Source of the DNA: a candidate division FCPU426 bacterium
Lineage (GTDB): Bacteria; Oederibacteriota; Muellerivitia; Muellerivitales; Muellerivitaceae
Direction: 5' to 3'
Assembly (NCBI GenBank): GCA_963771075.1
Contig: CAVYSE010000028.1
Span: forward strand, 256,001-320,000
Length of the DNA stretch: 64,000 bases
The notes beneath the pieces were generated by a model. It worked only from the letters and a program-made list of their open reading frames with translations. It did not search any database and was not told the DNA's origin. The translations under genes were made by a program, and so were the position numbers. This document shows, in pieces, positions 31,065 through 40,668 of the stretch. Within the stretch, counting starts at the first letter, position 1, and every line of letters starts with the position of its first letter.

Positions 31065-33004
31065 GCGAGAAGCGATCCAACCTGGGGCCGGGGGGAACCC
31101 CGCCCGCCGGTTCCCCCGAAAGTTTAGGAACGCCGGATTACGTGCCGGAATTGGCCATGGAGGGCCATTTGGATGGCGCGCCCGTCCGACGGGCCTTTTG
31201 GCACATCCCCGAAAACCTGGTTTTGACCTTCTTCTTCAGTTTCATGATGATCCTTCCGCTGTTGGATATCCTGGGCCGCAAGCTGAACCCAATTCTTCAC
31301 TTCATCCCGGCCAACATCGTTCCCGGTTCCCTCACCCTGGTTCAGCACAGCATCCTGGCCATCATGATGTGCGGCGGGGCCATCGCGGCCAGGGAAGGCA
31401 AACTATTGGCCCTGGCCTCCACCGCCAGCCTCATCCCGGAAAAATATAAGAATGCCGTCCGCATCCTCACCTACGGGTTCGGGGCCGCCATCACCCTTTA
31501 CCTGGCCAAGGCCAGCTACAGCTTTGCCATGATCGAGAGAGACTCGGGGGACATTATTTCCCTGGGCATCCCCACCTGGGTCATTCTCTGCCTGCTGCCC
31601 ATCGGCTTTTCCCTGATCGTGGGCCGGCTCATTTGGCGCTCTTCCAACCGGATGCTGGAGAGGTTCTTCACCTTGGCCGTGACCTCGGGCTTGGCTTACC
31701 TGGGCTTCATGATCCATAACCCTCCCCAAGGCGTGGTTATTTTGGCTTTCGTGATTTTGTTCACCGCGGTCATCTTGGGGGCCCCGGTCTTCGTGGCCCT
31801 GGGCGGCGCGGCCCTTTTCTTCTTGTGGAATTCCGATACCCCTATCAGCTCCATCCCGGCGGAGACCTACCGCATGGTGGTAAACCCCACCATTCCCACC
31901 ATTCCCCTCTTTACCCTGACCGGCTACTTCCTGGCCGAGGGCGGAGCCTCCAAACGGCTACTCCGGGTCTTCCAGGCTCTTTTCGGCTCCATGAAAGGCG
32001 GGCCGGCCATCGTGACCTGCCTCGTCTGCGCTTTCTTCACATCCTTCACCGGGGGGTCCGGTGTCACCATTTTGGCCCTGGGCGGACTCCTCATGCCCAT
32101 TTTGATCGCTGAGAAATATACCGAAAGGAATTCGCTGGGTCTTCTCACTTCCGCCGGGTCCCTGGGATTGCTCTTTCCCCCCAGCCTGCCGGTCATCCTT
32201 TATGGGGTCGTCTCCATGACCCCCATCCCTGATTTATTCCTGGGCGGATTATTGCCGGGAGCCCTGCTGGTTTTGGGCACCGCCGCCTGGGGGGTTTGGA
32301 AAGGTTCCCAGGAGCAGGCCGCCAAGCATCCTTTCGTAGGCCGGGAAGCCGTGAAGGCCCTTTGGGACGCCAAATGGGAGCTGGCCCTCCCGATCGTGGT
32401 TTTCTTTTTCCTCTTCATCGTGAAAGTCACCCTGGTGGAGTCGGCGGCTTTGACCGCCCTTTACGCCTTTGTCGTGGAAGTGATCGTGTTTCGCGACTTG
32501 AAGGTGAAGAACATCCCCACGGTCATCACCGAATGCGGCATTTTGGTGGGCGGCGTTCTATTGATTTTGGGGGTTTCACTCGGGTTCACCAATGATATGG
32601 TGGACGCCCAGATCCCCGCCAAGCTAGCCACCTGGGTTTCCGCGACCGTGCATTCCCAGTGGCTGTTCCTTTTAATCGTCAATTTCATGCTTCTGATCGT
32701 GGGCGGCCTCCTGGAAATCTTCGCGGCCATTATCGTCGTGGTGCCGCTCCTGGTTCCCATTTCCAAGGCCTTTGGGATCGACCAAGTCCGTATGGGGATC
32801 ATTTTTCTGGCCAACATGGAATTAGGATTCCTGATGCCACCCCTGGGGCTCAACCTCTTTTTATCCTCCTACCGGTTCAAAAAACCCATGGTTGAAGTTT
32901 ATAAGTCTGTATTGCCCATGCTCGCCATGCTGTACGGCATGGTTTTGCTGATTACTTATGTGCCGTTTTTAACTGCCTGGCTTCCCAGTTTGTTCAACAA
33001 ATAA
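31061..33004 (+). CDS. Fused TRAP permease DctQ-DctM
   Basis: N-terminal 4-TM small-permease region followed by TIPLFTLTG, FTGGSGVTI, GLLFPPSLP and GFLMPPLGLNLF. Confidence 0.9.
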   Translation: MSEKRSNLGPGGTPPAGSPESLGTPDYVPELAMEGHLDGAPVRRAFWHIPENLVLTFFFSFMMILPLLDILGRKLNPILHFIPANIVPGSLTLVQHSILAIMMCGGAIAAREGKLLALASTASLIPEKYKNAVRILTYGFGAAITLYLAKASYSFAMIERDSGDIISLGIPTWVILCLLPIGFSLIVGRLIWRSSNRMLERFFTLAVTSGLAYLGFMIHNPPQGVVILAFVILFTAVILGAPVFVALGGAALFFLWNSDTPISSIPAETYRMVVNPTIPTIPLFTLTGYFLAEGGASKRLLRVFQALFGSMKGGPAIVTCLVCAFFTSFTGGSGVTILALGGLLMPILIAEKYTERNSLGLLTSAGSLGLLFPPSLPVILYGVVSMTPIPDLFLGGLLPGALLVLGTAAWGVWKGSQEQAAKHPFVGREAVKALWDAKWELALPIVVFFFLFIVKVTLVESAALTALYAFVVEVIVFRDLKVKNIPTVITECGILVGGVLLILGVSLGFTNDMVDAQIPAKLATWVSATVHSQWLFLLIVNFMLLIVGGLLEIFAAIIVVVPLLVPISKAFGIDQVRMGIIFLANMELGFLMPPLGLNLFLSSYRFKKPMVEVYKSVLPMLAMLYGMVLLITYVPFLTAWLPSLFNK

Positions 33005-33060
33005 CCCAGCAGGGTTTCCTTTTAACTTAAAAAGACCTAATTTCCCAATTAACCCGGAGA

Positions 33061-33090
33061 GTGAACCCCTTTTTCATCCGAAACGTCTAA
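33061..33090 (+). promoter_or_regulatory. ECF-type promoter
   Basis: GTGAAC-N17-CGTCTAA. Confidence 0.6.
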
Positions 33091-33108
33091 CAAACATCGA
33101 GGTTATAC

Positions 33109-33666
33109 ATGAAAGCCCTGTTAATCGTGGATGTCCAAAATGACCTTTGCCCGGGCGGGGCCACGCCCGTGCCCGAGGGCGACAAGATAGTGCCCATCCT
33201 GAACCGTCTGATGGATCTCTTTCCCCTGGTCGTGGCTTCCAAGGCCTGGCATCCCAAGGACGCCGCCCATTTCCAAATAGGGCCCCCCCATTGCGTTCAG
33301 AACACACCCGGCGCGGAGTTCCATCCCGGCCTGAACGCCAAGAAAATCTCGAAGGTTTTCCTGCAAGGCGCCACGAAAAAAGACGAGGGATATTCGGCTT
33401 TCGAGGTCACCCACGAGGATTTGGAAATATTCTTGAGAAAAAAGGAAGTGACGGACCTCTATATCGCGGGACTAGCGACCGAATACGCCGTGAAGGCTTC
33501 AGCCTTGGACGCGGATAAGCGGGGATTTGAGACCTTCGTGGTGGAAGACGCGGTGGCTGCGTTCAACGCGAAGGAAGGGGACGGCAAAAAAGCCCTCAAG
33601 GCCATGGAAAAGGCAGGTGTGACCCTGATTGATTCCACGGATATCATCGGGGACGTTGAAAAGTAA
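33109..33666 (+). CDS. Nicotinamidase/pyrazinamidase-like (isochorismatase fold) protein with a degenerate active site
   Basis: ALLIVDVQND.CPGG, PPHCVQNTPGAEFHP and GYSAFE are present, but GLATEYAV lacks the catalytic Cys. Confidence 0.85.
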   Translation: MKALLIVDVQNDLCPGGATPVPEGDKIVPILNRLMDLFPLVVASKAWHPKDAAHFQIGPPHCVQNTPGAEFHPGLNAKKISKVFLQGATKKDEGYSAFEVTHEDLEIFLRKKEVTDLYIAGLATEYAVKASALDADKRGFETFVVEDAVAAFNAKEGDGKKALKAMEKAGVTLIDSTDIIGDVEK

Positions 33667-33702
33667 GTTTTAAGTAATATCCAGCAGTGTCTCTGTTTAG
33701 GT

Positions 33703-33835
33703 GTCATTGCGAGCCACTGCACCACTAGGTGCGCTTAGTGGCGTAGCAATCTCAGTCAAAATTCCAACGAATAAAGCACCACCTGAGATTCCCACGGCCC
33801 AAACCACGCCTATTGGCGCTGGGCCTCGGAATGAC
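33703..33835. repeat. Gene-less inverted doublet of GTCATTGCGAG palindromes
   Basis: Units at 33703-33755 and inverted 33783-33835; same family as 19997-20593. Confidence 0.8.
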
Positions 33836-33846
33836 GGCGGAGTTTT

Positions 33847-34230
33847 TTAGCTAAGTTGAATGGTTTCTAAAACTTCCTCGTCATACTGCCATTGCCAGAG
33901 TTGGTCTTCTTTCAGCCCCTTCTTTTTCCCCAGGTTTTTCACTTCCGACTTGAATGATTGCAAAACCCTCAAGAGGTCGTCATCCAACCTTTTAAAATCC
34001 AAGACCAGTTCCACCTTCTCGGGGGAAACGGTGGAAGCCACCACCTTCAACCCGGGAAACCGGCGTTCCAGATTGCGGATTCCCTGTTGAACCAGATGCA
34101 GGATATCCCCAACTAGAAGAGCTTTTTTCTGGGAGGTGTGCAGCGTAGCCTTGACCATGGAATCGGAATGATATTCCAATTTAATTTGCCTTTTATTCTG
34201 GGTGTGTGATTCGGTTTTTACCACACTCAA
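33847..34230 (-). CDS. Hypothetical protein resembling a catalytically dead RAYT/Y1 transposase
   Basis: KRQIKL, TLHT, RFPG, LQSFKS and LWQWQY match RAYT spacing; the HUH motif is replaced and the catalytic Tyr region is absent. Confidence 0.55.
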   Translation of the reverse strand: MSVVKTESHTQNKRQIKLEYHSDSMVKATLHTSQKKALLVGDILHLVQQGIRNLERRFPGLKVVASTVSPEKVELVLDFKRLDDDLLRVLQSFKSEVKNLGKKKGLKEDQLWQWQYDEEVLETIQLS

Positions 34231-34272
34231 GGTTTTCTTTGCGTCTTGGCGGCTTTGCGTTGGATTTGGGTT

Positions 34273-35160
34273 TTATTTCCCGCCTTGAATCGCGAGTTGG
34301 TCGGCCAGGTAACTACTACGGGTTAGGGGGGAGGCCTGCACCGCCAAGCCCATTGCCAAACCTGACTCAGTCCATTTTTCATATCTTTCGAGGGGAACAT
34401 ATTCCACCACTTCCAGGGTCGATCCCGGAGGCTTCAAGTATTGTCCAATGGTAAAGAATTTCACCCCGGCTTCCTTGGCATCCCGCAAAATATCGATGAC
34501 TTCTTCCTCGGTTTCCCCGAAGCCAACCATTAATCCCGCTTTGAGCATTACCTGGTCGGGATGAGCGTGGGCTTTGAACCACCGGAACAGGCCCAGGGAG
34601 CGTTGATAATCGGCACCTGGCCGGATAGGCCCATAAAGCCTTGGCACCGTCTGTAGGTCGTGCGCAATGGTATCCGGTGGGTTTTGCAAAAGAACCTTGT
34701 AGGAACTTTCCTTCCCTTGGAAATCAGGCACGAGAATTTCGATCTTCAACTTGGGGTTAAACTCACGCAGGGCGGTAACAATCCTCACAAACTGAGAGGC
34801 CCCTCCGTCGACCAATTCATCCCGGTTGGGAGAAGTCATGACCAGGTACCGCACCTTCAGGGTCCTGGCAATTTCCACCACCTTCTGTGGTTCTTCTGGG
34901 TCCAAGGGCAGGGGTTTTCCGGTCGTCACCGCGCAAAAAGGGCATCCCCGAGTGCAGATGGAACCCATAACCATGATGGATATGGTTCCATGGCGGGGCA
35001 GGCATTCCCCCCGGTTGGGGCACTTGGCTTCCTCGCAAATCGTATGAACCCCATTCATGGGAAGTTGGGAAATGGCGTTGCGAAACACGTGTTTGGGATG
35101 TGGGTTCAAAAGGAAGTTAGGCATGGGAGGTGAGGTAGTTTTTAAATCGGAAAGTTTCAT
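34273..35160 (-). CDS. lipA: Lipoyl synthase
   Basis: CEEAKCPNRGEC (CX4CX5C), CTRGCPFC (CX3CX2C), TIGQYL and RSSY. Confidence 0.93.
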   Translation of the reverse strand: MKLSDLKTTSPPMPNFLLNPHPKHVFRNAISQLPMNGVHTICEEAKCPNRGECLPRHGTISIMVMGSICTRGCPFCAVTTGKPLPLDPEEPQKVVEIARTLKVRYLVMTSPNRDELVDGGASQFVRIVTALREFNPKLKIEILVPDFQGKESSYKVLLQNPPDTIAHDLQTVPRLYGPIRPGADYQRSLGLFRWFKAHAHPDQVMLKAGLMVGFGETEEEVIDILRDAKEAGVKFFTIGQYLKPPGSTLEVVEYVPLERYEKWTESGLAMGLAVQASPLTRSSYLADQLAIQGGK

Positions 35161-35270
35161 GGGTGGTCTAGGATATTCGAAGGCTGGAATTTAGAAAACC
35201 CTCTAGCCCGGACATAATAAAGGGCCCGGAAAACCCGGACCCTTTTGAAACTAACGACCAGAAAAACAAA

Positions 35271-35744
35271 TTACTTGAGGGACTGCCACTGGGCTTTCAT
35301 ATCGTCCTGCAAAGCCTTGATCTGGTCTGAATCGGTGGTGACATCGGCTTTGTCGTTGGCCAAGTCAGAAGCGACCTTATCCTTGTTCAATGAATAGATC
35401 TGGTCCTGGTCAGTTTTGACCTTTTCCAATATCGTCAGTTTGGCCTGGCACTTAGCCGCCTTCTTGGTGTCGTTCTTTGCCTGGGCGTCCGAAACGGCCT
35501 TTTGGGTGTTTTGCATCTCGTGTGCCATCTTGACCGTGTTGTAATTATGTTCCGCCTCGATCAACTGGAGCTTCGCGGCGAACCATTTGTCCCGGGCGGC
35601 CTTGACGTCAGGCGGCAGGGGTTTGGGGGTCGCGATAGGGGTGAGTGCCTCGGTTACGGGGGTCATGGCGGTATTGTCTTGGGCCCAAGCCAACCCTCCG
35701 GTTAAATATGAACTAACAGCCAAAACCCAAACAAACTTATTCAT
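35271..35744 (-). CDS. Exported coiled-coil hypothetical protein
   Basis: Signal peptide AWA-Q; AGGAG RBS; terminator-like hairpin at ~35219-35246. Confidence 0.75.
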   Translation of the reverse strand: MNKFVWVLAVSSYLTGGLAWAQDNTAMTPVTEALTPIATPKPLPPDVKAARDKWFAAKLQLIEAEHNYNTVKMAHEMQNTQKAVSDAQAKNDTKKAAKCQAKLTILEKVKTDQDQIYSLNKDKVASDLANDKADVTTDSDQIKALQDDMKAQWQSLK

Positions 35745-35780
35745 GAAATTTCTCCTGGGCATGAATGACACTCACAATGA

Positions 35781-35810
35781 TTAGACGTTTTGCCGATAGG
35801 GAAAGTCGCA
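35781..35810 (-). promoter_or_regulatory. ECF-type promoter
   Basis: TGCGAC-N17-CGTCTAA on the minus strand. Confidence 0.5.
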
Positions 35811-35828
35811 ACTCTCATTACGGAACGA

Positions 35829-38576
35829 CTAAGCTTTTTTAACAAGTTTAGGCTCCTTTACCGCCTTGACCTCATCCAATCTGGAAACCAGGGTTTCATG
35901 AGGCGCGCTTTTGAAGACATCGGGATTAGATTCCATCTCCTTGCGCATGTTGAGCATGATTTCCACGAATTCATCCAAAGTCTTCTTCGTCTCGGTCTCG
36001 GTGGGTTCGATCATGATAGCCTCATGCACCACCAATGGGAAATAAATGGTGGGCGGATGGACGTTGAAATCAATCAACCGCTTGGCGATATCCAGAGCCG
36101 AGACGCCGAATTTTTCTTTCAAAGGTTCGGCGGTCAGAACGAACTCGTGCTTGCATAGCCGGTCAAAACCGGGGGTATAGGGGCCCTTTAACCGGGCCAG
36201 GATGTAATTGGCGTTCAAGGTGGCGATGCGTCCCACCCTTTCCAACCCCTCTTTCCCCAAGCGTTTGCAGTAGGCCAGGGCGCGTATCAAAACCCCAAAA
36301 TTGCCTACGTTCCCTTTCATGCGGCCAATGGATTGGGGCAAACCTGATTTAAGGTAATAGCGGTTCCCCTCTTTAAAGACCCGGGGTTCGGGCAGGTAGG
36401 GTTCCAGGGCTTTCGTGCAACCCACGGGCCCGCTTCCGGGGCCGCCTCCGCCGTGGGGCGTGGAAAAGGTCTTGTGCAGGTTCAAGTGCACCAGGTCAAA
36501 ACCCATATCCGCCGGGCGGCAAATGCCCACAATGGCGTTCATGTTGGCGCCGTCGTAATAAAGAAGCCCCCCCGCCTCATGCACCAGCCGAGCGACCTCC
36601 AAAATGTTTTCCTCGAAAAGCCCCAGGGTGCTGGGGTTGGTCAGCATCAGGACCGCCGTATCCTTCCCCAATTTTTCCTTCAATTTTTCCACGTCCATAT
36701 TGCCCCGGGCGTCGGTGGGAATGGATACCGTCTTCCACCCCGCCATGGTGGCGGAGGCCGGGTTGGTGCCGTGGGCGGAATCGGGCACGATTACGTTCAC
36801 CCTTTGGTGCTCTCCCCGTTCGGCGAAATAGCGCTTTGCCATCAAGAGCGCCGTGAGTTCCCCGTGGGCTCCCGCGGCTGGCTGGAGGGTCAGGGCGTGA
36901 CAGCCGGTGATCTCATGAAGCCAATGTTCCAGCTCGAACATGACCTGAAGGGCGCCCTGCACCTCATCTTCCCGCTGGGCGGGGTGCAGATTGGCCCAGG
37001 GATCGGAAAGGGCGATTTCCTCGTTCACCTTGGGGTTGTATTTCATGGTGCAGGACCCTAGGGGATAGAAACCATTGTCGATGCAGAAATTCTTGCGGGC
37101 CAGGGCAGTGTAATACCGCACCAACTCCACTTCCGGGTGTTCCTCGATGGCGACGGGTGGACGCGGGCTGATCCAGCCGGGCAATTGGCTGGGTTTTTGG
37201 TGAATCAGTCTTTTGATTCCAACTCCCAGGGTGGGGATGGCCGAGAAAAATTCCTCGCAAGCCGAGAGGAGGGATTCCATGTCATCCAGGCTGTTTAATT
37301 CGGTGCAGGCGACCAACACGCAGTCCTTGTATTCGGGATAGTCCAAGGACAAATCGTAGGGCGCGACCAGGCCCCACTCCGCCAGGAAATCGGTGAACCC
37401 GGCCGAGGGCGGGCGGATGACGAATTCATTGGCATAGCGGGCGGTTTCCACCTTAAAGCCCGGGATTTTCTGGATTTCCGTCACCAAGGTATGCGCGATG
37501 GCCGCGCCGTCCTTGGCCACCTGCTGGGCGCCCTTGCCGCCCTTGAGGTAAAGCCAGGCGGATGCGAAATTGGCCATGAGGGACTGGGTGGTGCAGACGT
37601 TGGAGGCCGCCCGCTCCCTGCGGATATGTTGTTCTCGGGCCTGGAAGGTTAAGACACAACCTGTTTTGCCGTTGCGGTCGGTGGTTTCACCCACAATGCG
37701 GCCTGGCATTTGCCGGATATCCTCAAATCGGGCGGTCAAAAAACCGGCGTGCGGCCCGCCGAAGGAAAGCAGGTTCCCGAATGACTGGGCGCTACCCGCG
37801 CAAACATCGGCGCCGAGGGCCCCCGGGGATGGCAGTAGGGCCAGGTTCATGGCCTCAGCCACGGCCACCACCAGGTAAGAATTCTTTTCCTTGCAAATTT
37901 TGGAAATGGCCGCCAGGTCCTCGATAGTGCCCAGGAAATTGGGATATTGAACCACCACCACCGAATTGGGCCAAAGCTCAGTTTTGAGCTGATCCAAATC
38001 GGTTTCGGTACCCTTCAAGCCGATCTCGCGAATCTTGTGGCCCTGGGGGTTGAGGTAGGTCTGGATGGTCTGCCGGTATTCAGGATGGAGCCCCCGGGAA
38101 ACATAAACAAAGGCTTCGGCCTTTTTCACCCGCAAAGCCAAAAGCGCGGCCTCGGCGACGGCCGAAGCGCCGTCGTAAAGCGATGCGTTGGAGACTTCCA
38201 GCCCGGTCAATTGCGCCATATAAGTTTGGAAATCAAAAAGAACCTGCAGGGTCCCCTGGGCGATCTCCGGCTGGTAGGGTGTATAGGATGTTAAAAATTC
38301 AGGACGGGTCACCACCGCCTTCACGGCGGAGGGCACCTCGTGATTGTAAAGACCCGCTCCCAAAAAGCAGGGCCGGTCGGATACCGGCTGGTTGTTTTTT
38401 GCCGTATTGTTGAAGAATCGCTTGAGTTCAGGTTCGGTGAGCCCCGGGGGAAGGTTCAGCCCTTTTTTCAGGATGACCGAGGGAGGCACATCGGCGAAAA
38501 GGTCGTCGAGGTTCTTCACCCCGATGGCGGAAAGCATGGCCTTTTCATCTTCGGCGGTGATGGGAATGTAGGTCAA
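35829..38576 (-). CDS. gcvP: Glycine dehydrogenase P-protein, GcvPA-GcvPB fusion
   Basis: 915-aa ORF with [11 protein letters not shown] and [10 protein letters not shown], then [15 protein letters not shown] and [18 protein letters not shown]. Confidence 0.93.
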   Translation of the reverse strand: MTYIPITAEDEKAMLSAIGVKNLDDLFADVPPSVILKKGLNLPPGLTEPELKRFFNNTAKNNQPVSDRPCFLGAGLYNHEVPSAVKAVVTRPEFLTSYTPYQPEIAQGTLQVLFDFQTYMAQLTGLEVSNASLYDGASAVAEAALLALRVKKAEAFVYVSRGLHPEYRQTIQTYLNPQGHKIREIGLKGTETDLDQLKTELWPNSVVVVQYPNFLGTIEDLAAISKICKEKNSYLVVAVAEAMNLALLPSPGALGADVCAGSAQSFGNLLSFGGPHAGFLTARFEDIRQMPGRIVGETTDRNGKTGCVLTFQAREQHIRRERAASNVCTTQSLMANFASAWLYLKGGKGAQQVAKDGAAIAHTLVTEIQKIPGFKVETARYANEFVIRPPSAGFTDFLAEWGLVAPYDLSLDYPEYKDCVLVACTELNSLDDMESLLSACEEFFSAIPTLGVGIKRLIHQKPSQLPGWISPRPPVAIEEHPEVELVRYYTALARKNFCIDNGFYPLGSCTMKYNPKVNEEIALSDPWANLHPAQREDEVQGALQVMFELEHWLHEITGCHALTLQPAAGAHGELTALLMAKRYFAERGEHQRVNVIVPDSAHGTNPASATMAGWKTVSIPTDARGNMDVEKLKEKLGKDTAVLMLTNPSTLGLFEENILEVARLVHEAGGLLYYDGANMNAIVGICRPADMGFDLVHLNLHKTFSTPHGGGGPGSGPVGCTKALEPYLPEPRVFKEGNRYYLKSGLPQSIGRMKGNVGNFGVLIRALAYCKRLGKEGLERVGRIATLNANYILARLKGPYTPGFDRLCKHEFVLTAEPLKEKFGVSALDIAKRLIDFNVHPPTIYFPLVVHEAIMIEPTETETKKTLDEFVEIMLNMRKEMESNPDVFKSAPHETLVSRLDEVKAVKEPKLVKKA

Positions 38577-38660
38577 AATTTGCTCCGCAAATTTTAAGAT
38601 TTTAGCCTTTAGCTGATGGCCTTTAGCTAAAAGCCAACAGCTAAAGGCTAATAGGTATTT

Positions 38661-39029
38661 TTATTGCAGCGTTGCGAGATAATCTTGCTCGTTAAGGTAA
38701 TCCGGATGCTCCAAGGCCTTGGGGTTGTCCAACTGCACGACAGCAATCCAGGCGGCCCCTTCCGGGTCCTGGTTGACCAGGCCAGCCTGGTCCTTGAGCT
38801 TCAAGTTCACTTCCAAAACGGTCCCGGCGGGAGAATAAACATCGGCCACGGCCTTGACCGATTCCAGGACGCAGACGCTTTGCTTGTCCGCCAACTTTTT
38901 CCCCACGTCCGGCAATTCCACGAAAACGATGTCGGAAAGCTCGTGCGCGGCGTGTTTGGAGACCCCGATTCGGACCTTTCCCCCTCCCAGGTCTTCATAC
39001 CATTCATGGGACTTGGCGTATTTTCGCAT
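38661..39029 (-). CDS. gcvH: Glycine cleavage H protein
   Basis: KSHEW, LSDIVFVELP, lipoyl motif LESVKAVADVYSP, VNQDPEG. Confidence 0.93.
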   Translation of the reverse strand: MRKYAKSHEWYEDLGGGKVRIGVSKHAAHELSDIVFVELPDVGKKLADKQSVCVLESVKAVADVYSPAGTVLEVNLKLKDQAGLVNQDPEGAAWIAVVQLDNPKALEHPDYLNEQDYLATLQ

Positions 39030-39106
39030 GGGCAAAAACCTCTTTGAACCGCGAAGTCGCGAAGGAAGGCGCCCAATTTCTATAAATCAAAAAAACTTGG
39101 CGTCTT

Positions 39107-39185
39107 TGTCCTCCTTAGCCCCTACGGGCTAAGGGATTCAGGACTATACCGACCTCTTTAAAATGTCTAATAGAAGGTCGGCATG
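39107..39185 (-). mobile_element. Putative CA-flanked two-hairpin mini-element, copy 2
   Basis: Minus strand CA-TGCCGAC...GTCGGTATAGTCCTGA...GGA-CA, inside an octamer repeat. Confidence 0.65.
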
Positions 39186-39295
39186 CGACTTTGCGTTGGA
39201 TTTGGCTGTCTGGTGAATGTTGGAGGGCGTGGGAACGGAATTGACTATATTAAAAACAACCTGGGTTTTCCACCCAAATTAGGAATAACAACCTC

Positions 39296-39823
39296 TCACT
39301 TTTTTCTTTTCAGCAAGTCGTGGTAGGCCTTTTCCAGCAGGTCTTTCGGATCGACCTCAAAAGTCCTCAACAGCTTTTTGACTTTGAGGGTTTCCCTCTT
39401 GCGGATCTTGGCGGAGTCTTGGGACATGACCGCCTCGAATTCGAGGAAGTTTCCCAATCCCTTGACCCGGTCCAGGTGCACCCGGACGTTACCGATCATA
39501 AAAAGCTCCCTTTTCTTTTCCACTGCGCCTTCCACTCCCAACAGGCCTTTCAATAAGAACTTGGTCTTGGCGGGATCGGCGACCGGCAGGACCACATATT
39601 GGCTGGTCTTGGGGCCTCGGACATTGGGACGGACATAAGGAATCAACTGGGCACCCTTGAGTGAGGACTCGCGCAATTTGAGCCTTCCCTTGGGAACCTT
39701 AAAGAAGGTGTCCACCTGATGGTCTAAACCCACGAAGTTGGCCTTTGCTTTCAAAGCAATTCGTTTGGCTTTCGCCAGGTCTGGGTATCGGGCTTTGATC
39801 TCAATGTTGGGCATGGGTCCCAT
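39296..39823 (-). CDS. CYTH-domain protein (class IV adenylate cyclase-like)
   Basis: NIEIKAR, QVDTFF, GRLKLRE and VRVHLDRVKGLGNFLEFE. Confidence 0.88.
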   Translation of the reverse strand: MGPMPNIEIKARYPDLAKAKRIALKAKANFVGLDHQVDTFFKVPKGRLKLRESSLKGAQLIPYVRPNVRGPKTSQYVVLPVADPAKTKFLLKGLLGVEGAVEKKRELFMIGNVRVHLDRVKGLGNFLEFEAVMSQDSAKIRKRETLKVKKLLRTFEVDPKDLLEKAYHDLLKRKK

Positions 39824-40382
39824 TTCCTTCTTTTATTTTTTTCATAACACACTCAATATAGGCCGTCTTTCCCCCGGTATAGGCTTCCCGGTCGTACTGA
39901 AAACGCAGGGCCAGGTTCTTCTTTAAGGCCTCATAGTTTTTGGCTTCCTGGGGGTGGGTCACTAAATAATCCCGGAAAGCTAACTCCCTCTTCCAGCGTT
40001 CCCCATAAAGCTCATAAACATGGAGATGGTGCGTCCGTTTTTTGCCAAATGGCGGCATTCCCTTAACAAAGAACATTTCATTGGGGTTGGGATTCGAGGT
40101 CCAATGGAGATACCCGGCCATTTCGATGGGTTTTATGAGTTTAGGCCAATCCTCCTTGCGGGAAACCCCCACCATGATGTCCAAAATGGGTTTAGCCGCC
40201 ATATCCGGCACCGAGGTGCTCCCAAAATGCTCAACCTTCAAGCCTGGCATGAAACCTAGGGCGTGGAAGATCGCCCTTTTCTCCAAAGCAAATTTCTCGG
40301 GCCAAAAAGGGTCATATTCAACGATTTCGATGGGATCTTTTTGAGGATCGTAACCTTCGGGAGGGGCGCCGGGCGAAACCAA
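39801..40382 (-). CDS. GrpB (UPF0157) family protein
   Basis: EHFGSTSVPDMAAKPILDI, RTHHLH, FRDYL and DREAYTGGKT. Confidence 0.9.
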   Translation of the reverse strand: MVSPGAPPEGYDPQKDPIEIVEYDPFWPEKFALEKRAIFHALGFMPGLKVEHFGSTSVPDMAAKPILDIMVGVSRKEDWPKLIKPIEMAGYLHWTSNPNPNEMFFVKGMPPFGKKRTHHLHVYELYGERWKRELAFRDYLVTHPQEAKNYEALKKNLALRFQYDREAYTGGKTAYIECVMKKIKEGNGTHAQH

Positions 40383-40410
40383 GGATGATTCCTTTGGACA
40401 TCAACTCCGA

Positions 40411-40641
40411 TTAGTACTTCAACACCAGGAAGGCGCCCGGAAACAGCTTGATGAAAATAAACAGGGCCAAGATCACCAAAAGGGTCGAGAAAATTCCCAT
40501 ATAGAAGGACCGGCTTTCCATTTTCTTGAACTCGGTTTCCACCGCTTCCGTCAGGTTCTCTTTGGGAACTTCGCCGGAACCAATTTTTTTAGATAGATCG
40601 AGGATCCGCCCGGCCGCTTCCCGGTATTTTTCGTCAGCCAT
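40411..40641 (-). CDS. Small membrane protein
   Basis: GGAGGG RBS; C-terminal TM helix; inside the gcv gene run. Confidence 0.6.
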   Translation of the reverse strand: MADEKYREAAGRILDLSKKIGSGEVPKENLTEAVETEFKKMESRSFYMGIFSTLLVILALFIFIKLFPGAFLVLKY

Positions 40642-40668
40642 GTTTCCCTCCCGCGCAACGGACAAAGT

